A stretch of 64,000 nucleotides of DNA from Candidatus Velesiimonas alkalicola (GTDB lineage Bacteria > Omnitrophota > Gorgyraeia > Velesiimonadales > Velesiimonadaceae), in contig NDHX01000004.1 of NCBI GenBank assembly GCA_013626165.1, positions 64,565 through 128,564 of the forward strand, written 5' to 3'. Below are positions 1 to 10,518 of the stretch, piece after piece. Positions within the stretch are counted from its first letter, which is position 1. Each line of letters starts with the position of its first letter. A program made the translations under genes and the position numbers. The notes below the pieces were generated by a model. That model did not search any database, was not told the origin of the DNA, and was given only the letters and a program-made list of their open reading frames with translations.

Positions 1-1
1 A

Positions 2-901
2 GCGGTAAAGATACATTCTGAAACAGTTGTTATTGCAACAAGCGGAAGTTACGGTCTTACCGCAATATTAAGTGCCATACAGGAGGGCAAAAGGATTGCA
101 ATTGCAAACAAAGAACCCATTGTTATGGCTGGCTCTTTAATTATGGAAATGGCCAATAGATGTGGTTCACAGATAATACCGGTTGATTCGGAACACAGTG
201 CAATATTTCAGTGTCTTTCTGCAGGTAAAAAAACAGAGGTTCATAAGATATATCTTACAGGTTCTGGTGGAGCCTTAAGAGGGTATTCAAAAGATAGGAT
301 AGGTTCGGTAGATATTAAAAATGTATTATCACATCCAAAATGGAAAATGGGGAAAAAAATCACCGTTGATTCTGCAACCCTTATGAACAAAGGACTTGAG
401 GTTATTGAGGCAACGCATCTTTTTGATATACCTTCGGATAAAATAGAGGTTCTTATCCATCCGCAAGCTATTGTTCATTCATTTGTAGAGTTTATAGATG
501 GCTCTGTGGTTGCACAGTTGAGTGATACCGATATGAAGATTCCTATCCAGTATGCACTGACATATCCTTTAAGAGAAAAATCTTTTGCAAAATATCTTAA
601 TTTAATAAAGATTAAAAATCTTACATTTGAAAAACCTGATAAAAAACTTTTTCCCTGTCTTGCACTGGGATATAAGGCTGCAAAAATAGGAGGCACACTT
701 CCCTGTGTTATGAGTATTGCTAATGAGGTTGCGGTAGAAAAATTTCTTAAAAGGCAAATAAAATTTATTGATATACCAAAGATTATTTTTAATGTTATGA
801 AAAAACACAGGGTAAAAAAAGTAAAAAGTGTAGAGGATGTTATTGAAAGCGCAGAGTGGGCAAAAAGAGAAGCAAACTCCATCTCCTCTGGCAACTGGTG
901 A
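2..901 (+). CDS. dxr: 1-deoxy-D-xylulose 5-phosphate reductoisomerase (5' end outside window)
   Basis: Frame is open from base 2 (IAIANKE); motifs PVDSEHSAIFQ, HPKWKMGKKITVDSATLMNKGLE, DMKIPIQYAL. Confidence 0.96.
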   Translation, partial: AVKIHSETVVIATSGSYGLTAILSAIQEGKRIAIANKEPIVMAGSLIMEMANRCGSQIIPVDSEHSAIFQCLSAGKKTEVHKIYLTGSGGALRGYSKDRIGSVDIKNVLSHPKWKMGKKITVDSATLMNKGLEVIEATHLFDIPSDKIEVLIHPQAIVHSFVEFIDGSVVAQLSDTDMKIPIQYALTYPLREKSFAKYLNLIKIKNLTFEKPDKKLFPCLALGYKAAKIGGTLPCVMSIANEVAVEKFLKRQIKFIDIPKIIFNVMKKHRVKKVKSVEDVIESAEWAKREANSISSGNW

Positions 902-910
902 CAGCTGAAA

Positions 911-989
911 GCCGTATATCGTATTCCGTATATCGTTAAAAAAACGAAATACAGGTGATAGGCGACGTAATACGGTATACGAAATACGA
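911..989. repeat. Heptamer tandem-repeat hairpin (CCGTATA/TCGTATT ... AATACGG/TATACGA)
   Basis: Left-half units are reverse complements of right-half units; similar units at 20961-21029 and 59511-59594. Confidence 0.75.
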
Positions 990-1041
990 GTATTTGACAT
1001 TTTTTTATATTCTATGGTGCTCTGTCAAATAAATAAAGGTA

Positions 1042-1124
1042 TGATTACACAGATTAGTTTAGATTACACAGATAAAGATTGCTGTCGAAATCTGTGTAAT
1101 CGGATTTAAAAATCTGTGTAATCA
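1042..1124. repeat. GATTACACAGATT ... AATCTGTGTAATC palindromic repeat (MITE-like core)
   Basis: Two GATTACACAGAT copies followed by two ATCTGTGTAATC copies; same core near 42.5 kb and 60.7 kb, degenerate near 54.55 kb. Confidence 0.8.
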
Positions 1125-1167
1125 ATGCAATCCTTATTTTGTTTTCAATGCAGTATAGGAGAGAAAA

Positions 1168-2271
1168 ATGAATGCAGTATTGGACATATTTTTACACTAT
1201 GGCATAGCGGTTATTTTTATGCTCGGTATTCTTATTTTTATACATGAGTTGGGGCATTTTTGGACGGCAAGGCTGTTGAAGGTAAAGGTAGATGAGTTTT
1301 CAATAGGGTTTGGTAAAAGGCTCTTTGTGTATAAAAAAAATAATATTGAATATTCAATACGGCTTATACCGTACGGAGGGTTTGTAAAACTTGCAGGCGG
1401 TGAAACAAGAACTCAATCAGTGCCCAATTACAATGAGTTTCTTGCAAAGCCATTGTGGGTAAAAATTTTGATACTTGTTGCAGGCTCATCTATGAATATG
1501 GTTCTTGCAGTATTTTTGTTTTCAAACATTGCATTTTATACAGGCGTTCCTGATACAAGACCCATAGTAGGAGAAGCAATTGAGGGAAAACCCGCATCTA
1601 TCTCGGGTATAAAACAAAAGGATATTATAGTCCAGATAGATGAAAAAAATATTAAATCCTGGAATGATATGACATCTGTCATAAGAAATTCTAAAGGCGA
1701 AGAATTGAACTTAAAAATAGCAAGAGATGGCAGGGACATCTTCTTACAGGTTACACCTGTTCTTGATAAGGTTCCTGATATGTTTGGGAAGGAACAGGAG
1801 ATATTTTTTATAGGTATTGCGCCGCAGATACAACATTTTAATTTATTGGGAAGCTTAAAAGAAGGCACACGTCAGGCTTATTTCTGGAGCACACTTACAC
1901 TAAAAGGCTTATTCAGGATTATTACGGGTGAGGATAAAGTTTTCAAAGCAATAGGAGGGCCTCTTATGATTGCAGAGGTTACTGCAAGGGCATCAAGAGC
2001 CGGTTTTGCAGCATTCTTTTTTATTATGGCAATAATAAGTATTGCACTTGCAGTAATAAATATGTTTCCCATACCCGGTATTACAGACGGAGGTCATACC
2101 ATAGTGTATCTTTTTGAAAAGGCAATAAATCGCCCCTTAAGTCCGAGGGCATATGAAATTGTAACAAGGATAGGGTTTGCATTTATAATATTTTTAATGT
2201 TCATTGCAACAGCAGCAGATGTATGGAGATTCTGGGGGCAAAGGCTATTTGAATTTTTGATAAAAAAATGA
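1168..2271 (+). CDS. rseP: RIP/M50 membrane zinc metalloprotease RseP
   Basis: HELGH motif, PDZ-like middle region, NMFPIPGITDGG; lies between dxr and ispG. Confidence 0.93.
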   Translation: MNAVLDIFLHYGIAVIFMLGILIFIHELGHFWTARLLKVKVDEFSIGFGKRLFVYKKNNIEYSIRLIPYGGFVKLAGGETRTQSVPNYNEFLAKPLWVKILILVAGSSMNMVLAVFLFSNIAFYTGVPDTRPIVGEAIEGKPASISGIKQKDIIVQIDEKNIKSWNDMTSVIRNSKGEELNLKIARDGRDIFLQVTPVLDKVPDMFGKEQEIFFIGIAPQIQHFNLLGSLKEGTRQAYFWSTLTLKGLFRIITGEDKVFKAIGGPLMIAEVTARASRAGFAAFFFIMAIISIALAVINMFPIPGITDGGHTIVYLFEKAINRPLSPRAYEIVTRIGFAFIIFLMFIATAADVWRFWGQRLFEFLIKK

Positions 2272-3356
2272 GAAGGAAAACAAGGAAAATATTCTACGGG
2301 GATGTTGCAGTAGGAGGTAATTCTCCTGTAAGTATTCAGTCTATGACAAGGACCGAATTATCAGATGTTCCATCAACATTAAGACAGATTAAATTGCTTA
2401 AAAAAAAAGGTTGCGAAATAGTAAGGATTGCTGTCCCTGATATTGAATCTGTTTCTTATCTTAAAAAGGCTATACCCAAGAGCGTTCTTCCTATTGAGGC
2501 TGACATACATTTTAACTGGAATATTGCAATACTTTGTATACAGGCCGGTGTTCAGGGGATAAGACTAAATCCAGGAAACATATATAGAAAATCTCAAATT
2601 ATTGCAGTTGCAAAACAAGTGGCTGAAAAAAATATTCCAGTAAGAGTTGGACTTAATTCAGGTTCTCTTCCCGTCTGCGCAGGCACACTTTCGGGAAAGA
2701 TGGTAAGATCTGCACTAAACTACATAGATATCTTACAAAAGGCTGGTGTGTGTAATATCATTGTTTCACTTAAATGTTCAGATGTTCAGCAGACTGTTGC
2801 TTCATATAGAGAACTTGCAAAAAAAACAGATATTCCTTTCCATTTAGGAATAACCGCAACAGGTTTTGGAACAGAATCAATTGTAAAATCATCTATCGGT
2901 ATTGGCTCACTGCTTTTAGATGGAATAGGAGATACTATAAGAGTATCTTTTTCAGGAAATCCTGTTGAAGAGGTAAGCACAGGGAAGTATATATTACAGG
3001 CACTGAGAATAAGGAGATTTTTCCCGGAGGTTATTGCCTGTCCGACCTGTGGAAGATGTACAATAGATGTTCCAAGAATTGCAAAACAGGTTTATTCAAA
3101 ATTATCTAATATATCCAATAATTATCCCGGTATTTTAAGTCTCACAGTTGCAGTTATGGGATGTGTTGTGAACGGTCCTGGTGAAGCAAAAAATGCTGAT
3201 GTAGGCATAGCAGGGGGCAAAGGCAAAGGGCTTTTATTTGTGAAAGGAAAGCCTCTGTATAATGTGGAAGAAAAAAAATTGGCAGACACTCTTGTAAAAC
3301 AGGCTATTTCCCTGTCTTTACTTGCGACTGCCGCCCCAAATTGTCGGGACAAGTAA
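2268..3356 (+). CDS. ispG: HMBPP synthase
   Basis: IQSMT, ADIHF, RLNPGNI, GIGDTIRVS, CPTCGR, VMGCVVNGPGEA. Confidence 0.96.
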   Translation: MRRKTRKIFYGDVAVGGNSPVSIQSMTRTELSDVPSTLRQIKLLKKKGCEIVRIAVPDIESVSYLKKAIPKSVLPIEADIHFNWNIAILCIQAGVQGIRLNPGNIYRKSQIIAVAKQVAEKNIPVRVGLNSGSLPVCAGTLSGKMVRSALNYIDILQKAGVCNIIVSLKCSDVQQTVASYRELAKKTDIPFHLGITATGFGTESIVKSSIGIGSLLLDGIGDTIRVSFSGNPVEEVSTGKYILQALRIRRFFPEVIACPTCGRCTIDVPRIAKQVYSKLSNISNNYPGILSLTVAVMGCVVNGPGEAKNADVGIAGGKGKGLLFVKGKPLYNVEEKKLADTLVKQAISLSLLATAAPNCRDK

Positions 3357-3390
3357 AGTGCCCCCATTACCTTATGATAAGCGATTCGGA

Positions 3391-3419
3391 TTGACACAGA
3401 TACGAGGGTTTGGTAGAAT
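3391..3419 (+). promoter_or_regulatory. sigma70-type promoter upstream of bamD
   Basis: TTGACA-N17-TAGAAT. Confidence 0.6.
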
Positions 3420-3499
3420 AGTGCCTGCCAATTAGGCGATAAAAAACTGGCGATAAGGCGACAAAAAAACATTTCAATATTCCGCAGACTGAGTTGGGT

Positions 3500-3621
3500 G
3501 AGTAAATGCTCAGTGAACACCGTTGTCATTGCGAGGGAACGAAAGGTGACCGAAGCAATCTCATGAGATTGCCACGTCGCTGTCGCTTCTCGCAATGACG
3601 GACTTAAGTGAATACTTACTC
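3500..3621. mobile_element. Small palindromic element (GTCATTGCGAG...CTCGCAATGAC core) with short TIR and apparent 4-bp GGGT duplication
   Basis: Core inverted repeat 3525-3599; ends GAGTAA/TTACTC; GGGT at 3496-3499 and 3622-3625. Confidence 0.6.
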
Positions 3622-3665
3622 GGGTGATTTTTGAACTTTATAGAGGGAATGAAGGTAGGTAAGAT

Positions 3666-4637
3666 ATGAAAAAATTATTTATGTTTATTGTATTTGTACT
3701 CACACTTGCAGGTGTTTGCCATTCTTTCTGGATATGGACACCTGAAACAGGCAGGTTTATAAATCCTAAGTATGCTGTAAAAGATTCGCCAAAAGAGCAG
3801 TTTGAATGGGCTATGGAGCTTTATAAAGCAGGGGATTATAAAAGAGCACTATCAGAATTTAGGAAACTTTACAGGATTTATCCTGATTCAATGTATGCAA
3901 GCCAGTCTGGGCTTTATGAAGGAAAATCCCAGGAAGGTTTAGGTAATTACTGGCAGGCATTTAAGGCATACCAAAAAATGATAGAAAAATATCCATATAG
4001 TAAGTCTGTGCCGGTTGCAATAGAAAGGAGTTTCAAGATAGGTGAAATGTTTCTTGAAGGAAAAAAAATAAAAAGATTAGGATTAGAAATATTTCCGTCA
4101 GCAGATGAGACAATACAGATATTTGAAAAAGTAGTGAAAAATGCGCCATTTGGACCATATGGAGCAAAGGCACAGTTTAATTTAGGGGTTGCATATAGCA
4201 GGGCTAGAAGGTTTGCTGAAAGTGGAGAGGCCTTTCTTAAAGTTATTGACAATTATCCGGAGAGTCCACTTGCAGGCGAAGCAAGGATACAGATTGCAAA
4301 AAGTTCACAGATGGCTTCGTTAAGGCCAAAGTATGACCAGACATCAACCAAAAAAGCGATACGAGAGTTCGAAGAGATTTTAAAATTAGGCTCTCAACCG
4401 GAGATCGTGGAAAAGGCTCAACAATCTCTTACTGCATTAAAAGAAAAAAAGGCTGAAAGTCTTTATTTAATTGCACAATTTTATGAAAAGAGACGCTCTG
4501 TTAATGGTGCAAAAATATACTATAAGCAGATACTAAAAAATTATGCTGATACAAACATTGCAGAAAAAGCAAAACAAAGAATGACAGAAATATTCCTTTC
4601 GGGAAAATCCCTGGGGGAAACAGGCTGGGAACAATGA
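3666..4637 (+). CDS. bamD: Outer membrane protein assembly factor BamD-like TPR protein
   Basis: Signal peptide, TPR repeats (YPDS, YPYS, YPES), YDQTST motif, AQFYEK. Confidence 0.8.
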   Translation: MKKLFMFIVFVLTLAGVCHSFWIWTPETGRFINPKYAVKDSPKEQFEWAMELYKAGDYKRALSEFRKLYRIYPDSMYASQSGLYEGKSQEGLGNYWQAFKAYQKMIEKYPYSKSVPVAIERSFKIGEMFLEGKKIKRLGLEIFPSADETIQIFEKVVKNAPFGPYGAKAQFNLGVAYSRARRFAESGEAFLKVIDNYPESPLAGEARIQIAKSSQMASLRPKYDQTSTKKAIREFEEILKLGSQPEIVEKAQQSLTALKEKKAESLYLIAQFYEKRRSVNGAKIYYKQILKNYADTNIAEKAKQRMTEIFLSGKSLGETGWEQ

Positions 4638-5149
4638 AAAGGTTTTTATTTATATTTGTTTTATTTATCTATGGGTGTGGATATACCACAAGGCCAGGGG
4701 TTGCCCCTGATTTCAAAACCATATACATAGAACCATTTACAAACAGTATAGATATTACATCTGAAAGAACCAACATAAGACACCACAGAACATCCATTGC
4801 AGGTATTGAGGTGCTTGTTACAAAAAACATTGAAGATGTTTTAAAAAGAGATGGAAGGCTGAGGCTTGTAAAAAAAGATCAGGCTGATGTTATAATGACC
4901 GGATCTGTTCTTTCGTTTAACAGAGAGGCCCTCAGATACAATCCAGATGGAACCATAAGAGAATCAAGAATACATATCACAACACAGGTTGCTATTAGAA
5001 CAAAATTAGGTGAAACACTGTGGACTGAAAATATAAGCAACCGATTAGGAAGTACCTTTGCAGGTGCTACAACAGACATTTCTGCGCTGAATAGTGCGAT
5101 ACAAGACCTTTCAATAAAAATAAGAAACCGCCTGCTTGAAGATTGGTAA
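4634..5149 (+). CDS. lptE: LptE-family LPS assembly lipoprotein
   Basis: Lipobox IYGCGY, TIYIEPFTN, C-terminal EDW; follows bamD. Confidence 0.7.
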   Translation: MKRFLFIFVLFIYGCGYTTRPGVAPDFKTIYIEPFTNSIDITSERTNIRHHRTSIAGIEVLVTKNIEDVLKRDGRLRLVKKDQADVIMTGSVLSFNREALRYNPDGTIRESRIHITTQVAIRTKLGETLWTENISNRLGSTFAGATTDISALNSAIQDLSIKIRNRLLEDW

Positions 5150-5158
5150 TTTAATTTT

Positions 5159-5237
5159 CGGGGCGTGGCTCAGCTTGGTTTAGAGCATCTGCTTTGGGAG
5201 CAGAGGGTCGGCCGTTCGAATCGGCCCGCCCCGACCA
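5159..5237 (+). tRNA. tRNA-Pro(TGG)
   Basis: Cloverleaf CGGGGCG...CGCCCCG-A-CCA; anticodon arm CTGC-TT-TGG-GA-GCAG; TTCGAAT T-loop. Confidence 0.95.
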
Positions 5238-5256
5238 GCAACGGACAAAGCTCGTC

Positions 5257-5333
<77 letters not shown>

Positions 5334-5375
5334 GAAAACAACAGTTCTGCTTTGCGGTAGGCAGAAACAAAAAAT

Positions 5376-5453
5376 GGTGGGTGTAGCTCAGTTGGATAGA
5401 GCACTGGACTGTGGCTCCTGTTGTCGCGGGTTCAAATCCCGTCACCCACCCCA
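5376..5453 (+). tRNA. tRNA-His(GTG)
   Basis: Encoded G-1, GTGGGTG...CACCCAC-C-CCA; anticodon GTG (one T-T mismatch in the anticodon stem). Confidence 0.93.
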
Positions 5454-5500
5454 TTAAAAAGAAGATGGCCAACCCTCTCAAACCTATAAAAGGAAGACCG

Positions 5501-5836
5501 ATGGATAGAAAGTCTGCAAGATTCAGTACCAGGCTACCCATACAGTATTATGTAAAAGGGGTGGTCTTGGATATTGGTTTTAAGGATGCGGTCACAACAG
5601 ATTTAAGTTCAACAGGGCTTTCTTTTGAAAACAACAAGCCTATCAGAGAAGGTTCTATTATTGAGATAAAAATTTTTATGCCCGGTTATAAAAAACCCAT
5701 ACAGGTAACAGGAAAAGTCATAAGGACCGATAGATATACCAATATGTTTGTTGTGGCGGTAGCTTTTGAAAAAATAAACCCTGTTGACAAGGAGAAGATA
5801 AATTTCTGGTACTATAAAGATACACTTAAATTATGA
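5501..5836 (+). CDS. PilZ-domain (c-di-GMP-binding) protein
   Basis: RKSAR (RxxxR) and DLSSTG (DxSxxG) motifs; start moved to the ATG after AGGAAG because the longer ORF overlaps tRNA-His (5465 is an alternative start). Confidence 0.8.
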   Translation: MDRKSARFSTRLPIQYYVKGVVLDIGFKDAVTTDLSSTGLSFENNKPIREGSIIEIKIFMPGYKKPIQVTGKVIRTDRYTNMFVVAVAFEKINPVDKEKINFWYYKDTLKL

Positions 5837-7203
5837 AAAAATATGATATTACAATAATCGGTGCCGGCCCTGGAGGATATATTGCAGCAATAAGAGCGAC
5901 ACAGCTTGGGGGGAGGGTTTGTGTTATAGAAAAAGAGCATTTAGGTGGAACCTGTCTTAACAGAGGATGTATCCCAACAAAAGCACTATTAAAAAGTGCA
6001 GAGTTATTTTATTACATACAGAATGCGGGCTCGTTGGGTATAAAGGTGCAGAATATAACCCCTGATGTCCCTTTAATATTTGAAAGAAAAGAAAAAATTA
6101 TCCAGCAATTAAGAAAAGGGATAGAATCTCTTTTAAAAGCAAAAAAGATAGATGTGATAAAAGGTGTGGGTAAGGTTGTATCTGCCTCACAGGTGCTTGT
6201 GAACGAAGAAGAAAAAATATCTTCTAAGTTTATAATTCTTGCAACGGGTTCCGAATCTTTGGCTTGCCCCGGCATTGAGACAGACGGTAAAAATATACTT
6301 ACAAGCACAGATATTTTAAATACCGCTTCAATACCAAAATCCCTTGTTATTATAGGAGGCGGTGTAATAGGTTGCGAGATGGCTTGCTTTTATTCACAGA
6401 TGGGATCAAAGGTTCATATGATTGAGATGACAGACAGGGCGCTTCCTACGGAGGATATTGAGGTATCAAAAACATTTCTTACTTTTTTGAAAAAAAGAAC
6501 TGTAGAGGTACATCTAAGTACAAAAGTGATTTCCGCCTCCGTTAAAAATAAAGATGAAACAATCGTTAATCTTGAAGGTGGGGACATAATAGCAGAAAAG
6601 GTTCTCGTATGCATAGGGAGAAGGCCCAATTCTGAAAATATAGGTATTGAAGAGATGGGAATTAAAACAGAAAAATCAGGACCGGTAGTTGATGAGTATA
6701 TGAGAACAAATGTTTCAACAATATTTGCAATAGGAGACCTTGCGGGGAAAAGGTATCTTGCTCATACCGCATCGATGGAAGGGATTGTTGCTGTTGAAAA
6801 TGCAGTGGGTAAGGATGGAAGGATGGATTATAGCGTTGTGCCTAACTGCATATTTACATTCCCTGAAATTTCAAGTGTAGGACTTACAGAAGAGCAGGCG
6901 ACTTCTTCGGGTATAGATGCAGAATCTTCAAAGTTTCCGTTTCAGGCACTCGGCAGAGCGGTTGCTTCTTCACAGACACAGGGTTTTGTTAAAATTGTAT
7001 TTGATAAAAAAACCAGAGAGGTTCTCGGTTGTCAGATTATAGGCCCTTGTGCAACAGAACTTATTGCCGAGGTCTCACTTGCAATCCGGATGCAGGCAAC
7101 TGTGAAAGATATTGCAAATACAATCCATGCCCATCCAACATTCTCAGAGGCAATTCAGGAAGCAGCATATGCAAGCCTTGAAGGCGCGCTACACCTGCCG
7201 TAA
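5833..7203 (+). CDS. lpdA: Dihydrolipoamide dehydrogenase
   Basis: GAGPGG, GGTCLNRGCIPTK redox disulfide, HAHPTFSE. Confidence 0.95.
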   Translation: MKKYDITIIGAGPGGYIAAIRATQLGGRVCVIEKEHLGGTCLNRGCIPTKALLKSAELFYYIQNAGSLGIKVQNITPDVPLIFERKEKIIQQLRKGIESLLKAKKIDVIKGVGKVVSASQVLVNEEEKISSKFIILATGSESLACPGIETDGKNILTSTDILNTASIPKSLVIIGGGVIGCEMACFYSQMGSKVHMIEMTDRALPTEDIEVSKTFLTFLKKRTVEVHLSTKVISASVKNKDETIVNLEGGDIIAEKVLVCIGRRPNSENIGIEEMGIKTEKSGPVVDEYMRTNVSTIFAIGDLAGKRYLAHTASMEGIVAVENAVGKDGRMDYSVVPNCIFTFPEISSVGLTEEQATSSGIDAESSKFPFQALGRAVASSQTQGFVKIVFDKKTREVLGCQIIGPCATELIAEVSLAIRMQATVKDIANTIHAHPTFSEAIQEAAYASLEGALHLP

Positions 7204-7219
7204 CAGTGGTGAAGAGATT

Positions 7220-8668
7220 GTGGAAAATATTTTATTTGAAAAGAGGCTAAAAAAGACAGAAGCATTAAGACAAAAAGGTATCTCACCTTATTCAGGGGGG
7301 TTTAAGAAAAGTCTATCCTGTTGTGAAGCAGAGCAAAAATTTACTGAAGAATTACAGGTAAGCCTTGCAGGAAGACTTATGTCAGTAAGAGCCCATGGGA
7401 AAAGCGTATTTGCAGATATCAAGGATTTAACGGGCAGGATTCAGGTCTATGCAAAGATAGATATATTGGGCGAAAATGAATTTGAAACTTTTAAAGGTTT
7501 AGATATCGGAGATATTATAGGTGTAGAAGGAAAACTTTTTAAGACAAGAACAGGACAGGTTACGGTTGTTATAGAAAGGTTTAAGATTCTTTCAAAATCA
7601 TTGAAGGTATTGCCTGAAAAGTGGCATGGATTAAAAGATACTGAAATAAGATACAGACAGAGATTTCTTGATATTATAATGAATAATGAGGTTCGTTGCA
7701 TATTTGAAAAAAGGTCAAAAATAGTATCATCCATCAGGCAGTACTTGGAGAAACAAGGTTTTATTGAGGTTGAAACTCCTGTATTACAGAGCATACCCGG
7801 TGGTGCCATTGCAAAGCCGTTTATTACGCATCATAATGCACTCGGGACGGATCTATACCTAAGAATTGCACCCGAGCTATACTTAAAAAGACTTCTTATT
7901 GCAGGGTTTGAAAAAGTTTTTGAGATAGGTAAAAATTTCAGGAATGAAGGTATATCCACAAAGCATAATCCTGAGTTCACAATGCTTGAAGCGTATCAGG
8001 CATACTCTGATTATGGCGATATGATGAGTCTTTGTGAAGGTATTATAAAATTTGCTTCAAAAAATGTACTGGGGGCAGAAGAGATTGAATATGAAGGTAA
8101 AAAAATCATTTTATCAGGGCAATGGAAAAGATTAGATTTTTTTGATACATTAAACTGTGTTGCAGGAGAAGATTTATCTAAGAAAAAAGAACAAGAACTA
8201 AGAGAGGTTGCAAAAAAAATAAGGGTTGATGTATCACATACACTGACAAGGGCGAAGATATTAGACGAGCTTTTAAAAAAATGTGTGGGACCTACACTTA
8301 TTCAGCCTACATTTTTTGTGGACTATCCGGTAGAGCTTTCGCCTTTTGCTAAAAGAAAACAGGATAACCCTGTCCTTGTTGAGAGGTTCCAGTTGTTTAT
8401 AGGAGGGCTTGAGGTTGCAAATGCATTCTCTGAACTGAATGACCCGGTGGACCAGAAAAAAAGATTTGAGGAACAGATTCAGGCAAAAGAGAAAGGAGAC
8501 GCTGATGCGCATTTTATGGATGAGGATTTTATCAATGCCCTTGAGTATGGTATGCCGCCTGCAGGAGGACTTGGTATAGGAATTGATAGGCTTATTATGT
8601 TGCTCTGCGGAAAAGACTCTATAAGGGAGGTGATTCTTTTCCCGCAGTTAAAGAAACAAGAAATATGA
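7220..8668 (+). CDS. lysS: Lysine--tRNA ligase (class II)
   Basis: YRQRFLD, YLRIAPELYLKRL, FRNEG, YGMPPAGGLGIGIDRL; GTG start at 7220 chosen over 7112. Confidence 0.96.
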   Translation: MENILFEKRLKKTEALRQKGISPYSGGFKKSLSCCEAEQKFTEELQVSLAGRLMSVRAHGKSVFADIKDLTGRIQVYAKIDILGENEFETFKGLDIGDIIGVEGKLFKTRTGQVTVVIERFKILSKSLKVLPEKWHGLKDTEIRYRQRFLDIIMNNEVRCIFEKRSKIVSSIRQYLEKQGFIEVETPVLQSIPGGAIAKPFITHHNALGTDLYLRIAPELYLKRLLIAGFEKVFEIGKNFRNEGISTKHNPEFTMLEAYQAYSDYGDMMSLCEGIIKFASKNVLGAEEIEYEGKKIILSGQWKRLDFFDTLNCVAGEDLSKKKEQELREVAKKIRVDVSHTLTRAKILDELLKKCVGPTLIQPTFFVDYPVELSPFAKRKQDNPVLVERFQLFIGGLEVANAFSELNDPVDQKKRFEEQIQAKEKGDADAHFMDEDFINALEYGMPPAGGLGIGIDRLIMLLCGKDSIREVILFPQLKKQEI

Positions 8669-9846
8669 GATATGAGTACTGGATAAGTTACAGGTATCTA
8701 AAAGCAAAAAGACTTGAAAAATTTGTTTCTCTTATCAGTGTTTTTTCAATATTCGGTGTTGCCATAGGGGTAATGGCGTTGATAGTTGTAATAGGAGTGA
8801 TGCGGGGTTTTAGTACCGAATTAAAAAGAAAAATCATCGGGATGAATGCAAGCATAGTGGTAGAGAAACAGGGTGGTATTGAAGATTATGAGAAAATACT
8901 GGAAAAGATAAAAACTATAAAAGATGTTAAAGCCGCATCCCCATATATCATAGGTCAGGCAATGGTAAGGTCAAAGAATAAGGTACTGGGGTGTATCCTA
9001 AAAGGGATAAATATAGACACAGAAATAGAGGTAACAAAAATAAAAGATTATCTAAAACATGGCACACTTTATCTTTCATCCTGGAATGTTATAATCGGCG
9101 AACAGATGGCATCAGTGTTAGGTGTTACGGTTGGGGATCACATTACTATTATATCTCCTGCTGATGGTAGTGAATATGATGTTAAGGTTAGAGGAATATT
9201 TTCAAGCGGAATGTATGAATATGATATTGGTATAATGTTCATTGATATAAAAGATGCGCAAGAGTTTTTTATTACTGGCAATACAGTTTCAGGTATTAGC
9301 ATAAAGGTAGGTGATATATACAGAGCAGGAAAAGTAAAAACAGAAATAGAGCACAGGCTTGGTTTTCCATATTATGCAAGAACCTGGATAGAATCAAATA
9401 AGGCATTATTTTCAGCATTAAGGTTAGAAAGAATAACAATGTTTATCATACTTACACTTATGATAGTTGTTGCCTGTTTTGGTATATTAAGTACACTTAT
9501 TATGACTGTTATGGAAAAGGTTCGTGATATCGGGATACTTAAAGCAATAGGTGCGGCAAATGCTTCCATAAAACTCATATTTACATCCTACGGACTTTTT
9601 ATAGGGACAATTGGCACAGCCTTAGGTTCTTTATCCGGTATAGGTATGTGTCTTCTAATAAAAACAACAAATATTATCAAACTTCCGGGCGATATATACT
9701 ATTTTGAAAAATTACCAGTTCAGATGACTTTTCAAGATATTTTTTTGATAATAGTCTGTGCCTTAATGATAAGCTTTCTTGCAACGCTTTATCCGGCCCA
9801 TCAGGCAGCCCGGCTTAATCCTGTGGAAACACTAAGATATGAATAA
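8665..9846 (+). CDS. lolE: Lipoprotein-releasing ABC transporter permease LolC/E
   Basis: [45 protein letters not shown]. Confidence 0.9.
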   Translation: MRYEYWISYRYLKAKRLEKFVSLISVFSIFGVAIGVMALIVVIGVMRGFSTELKRKIIGMNASIVVEKQGGIEDYEKILEKIKTIKDVKAASPYIIGQAMVRSKNKVLGCILKGINIDTEIEVTKIKDYLKHGTLYLSSWNVIIGEQMASVLGVTVGDHITIISPADGSEYDVKVRGIFSSGMYEYDIGIMFIDIKDAQEFFITGNTVSGISIKVGDIYRAGKVKTEIEHRLGFPYYARTWIESNKALFSALRLERITMFIILTLMIVVACFGILSTLIMTVMEKVRDIGILKAIGAANASIKLIFTSYGLFIGTIGTALGSLSGIGMCLLIKTTNIIKLPGDIYYFEKLPVQMTFQDIFLIIVCALMISFLATLYPAHQAARLNPVETLRYE

Positions 9847-10510
9847 TATTATCTCTGTAAGGGGTGTAAAAAAAATATACAAAACAGGTGATGAGAATTT
9901 AGAGGTCTTAAAAGGTATAACACTTAATATAATAAAAGCGGATATGGTTTGTATAACAGGGCCCTCAGGCTCGGGCAAGTCAACACTTCTTCATATAATG
10001 GGAGGTCTTGATTGTCCGACGCAAGGTGAGGTTTTTTTAAACAATGAAAACCTGTATCGGATAGGTGAAAAACAAATATCAAAAATAAGAAACAGCAGTT
10101 TGGGTTTTGTATTTCAGTTTTATCATCTTCTTCCTGAATTTACAGCACTTGAAAATGTTGCAATGCCCTGTGTCATAAATGGTGAAAAAAAAGAGTTTGC
10201 TTTTAAGAAGGCAGAAGAAGTTATCAGATACGTAGGGCTTTCAGAAAGGCGCAGACACAGACCATCTGAACTTTCAGGAGGAGAACAACAGAGAGTTGCA
10301 ATAGCAAGGGCAATAATAAATAATCCGCCTGTACTTTTATGCGATGAACCGACAGGGAATCTTCATGCAGATGCCGCACAGGTTGTCTGGACATTGCTTG
10401 AAGACTTAAACATAAGATATAATACGACAATAATATTTGTTACGCACGAAGATTCCCTTGCTAAAAAAGCAAAAAAGATTTTTCATCTGAAAGATGGACA
10501 GATAATATAG
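9839..10510 (+). CDS. lolD: Lipoprotein-releasing ABC transporter ATPase
   Basis: [40 protein letters not shown]. Confidence 0.92.
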   Translation: MNNIISVRGVKKIYKTGDENLEVLKGITLNIIKADMVCITGPSGSGKSTLLHIMGGLDCPTQGEVFLNNENLYRIGEKQISKIRNSSLGFVFQFYHLLPEFTALENVAMPCVINGEKKEFAFKKAEEVIRYVGLSERRRHRPSELSGGEQQRVAIARAIINNPPVLLCDEPTGNLHADAAQVVWTLLEDLNIRYNTTIIFVTHEDSLAKKAKKIFHLKDGQII

Positions 10511-10518
10511 GAGAAATA

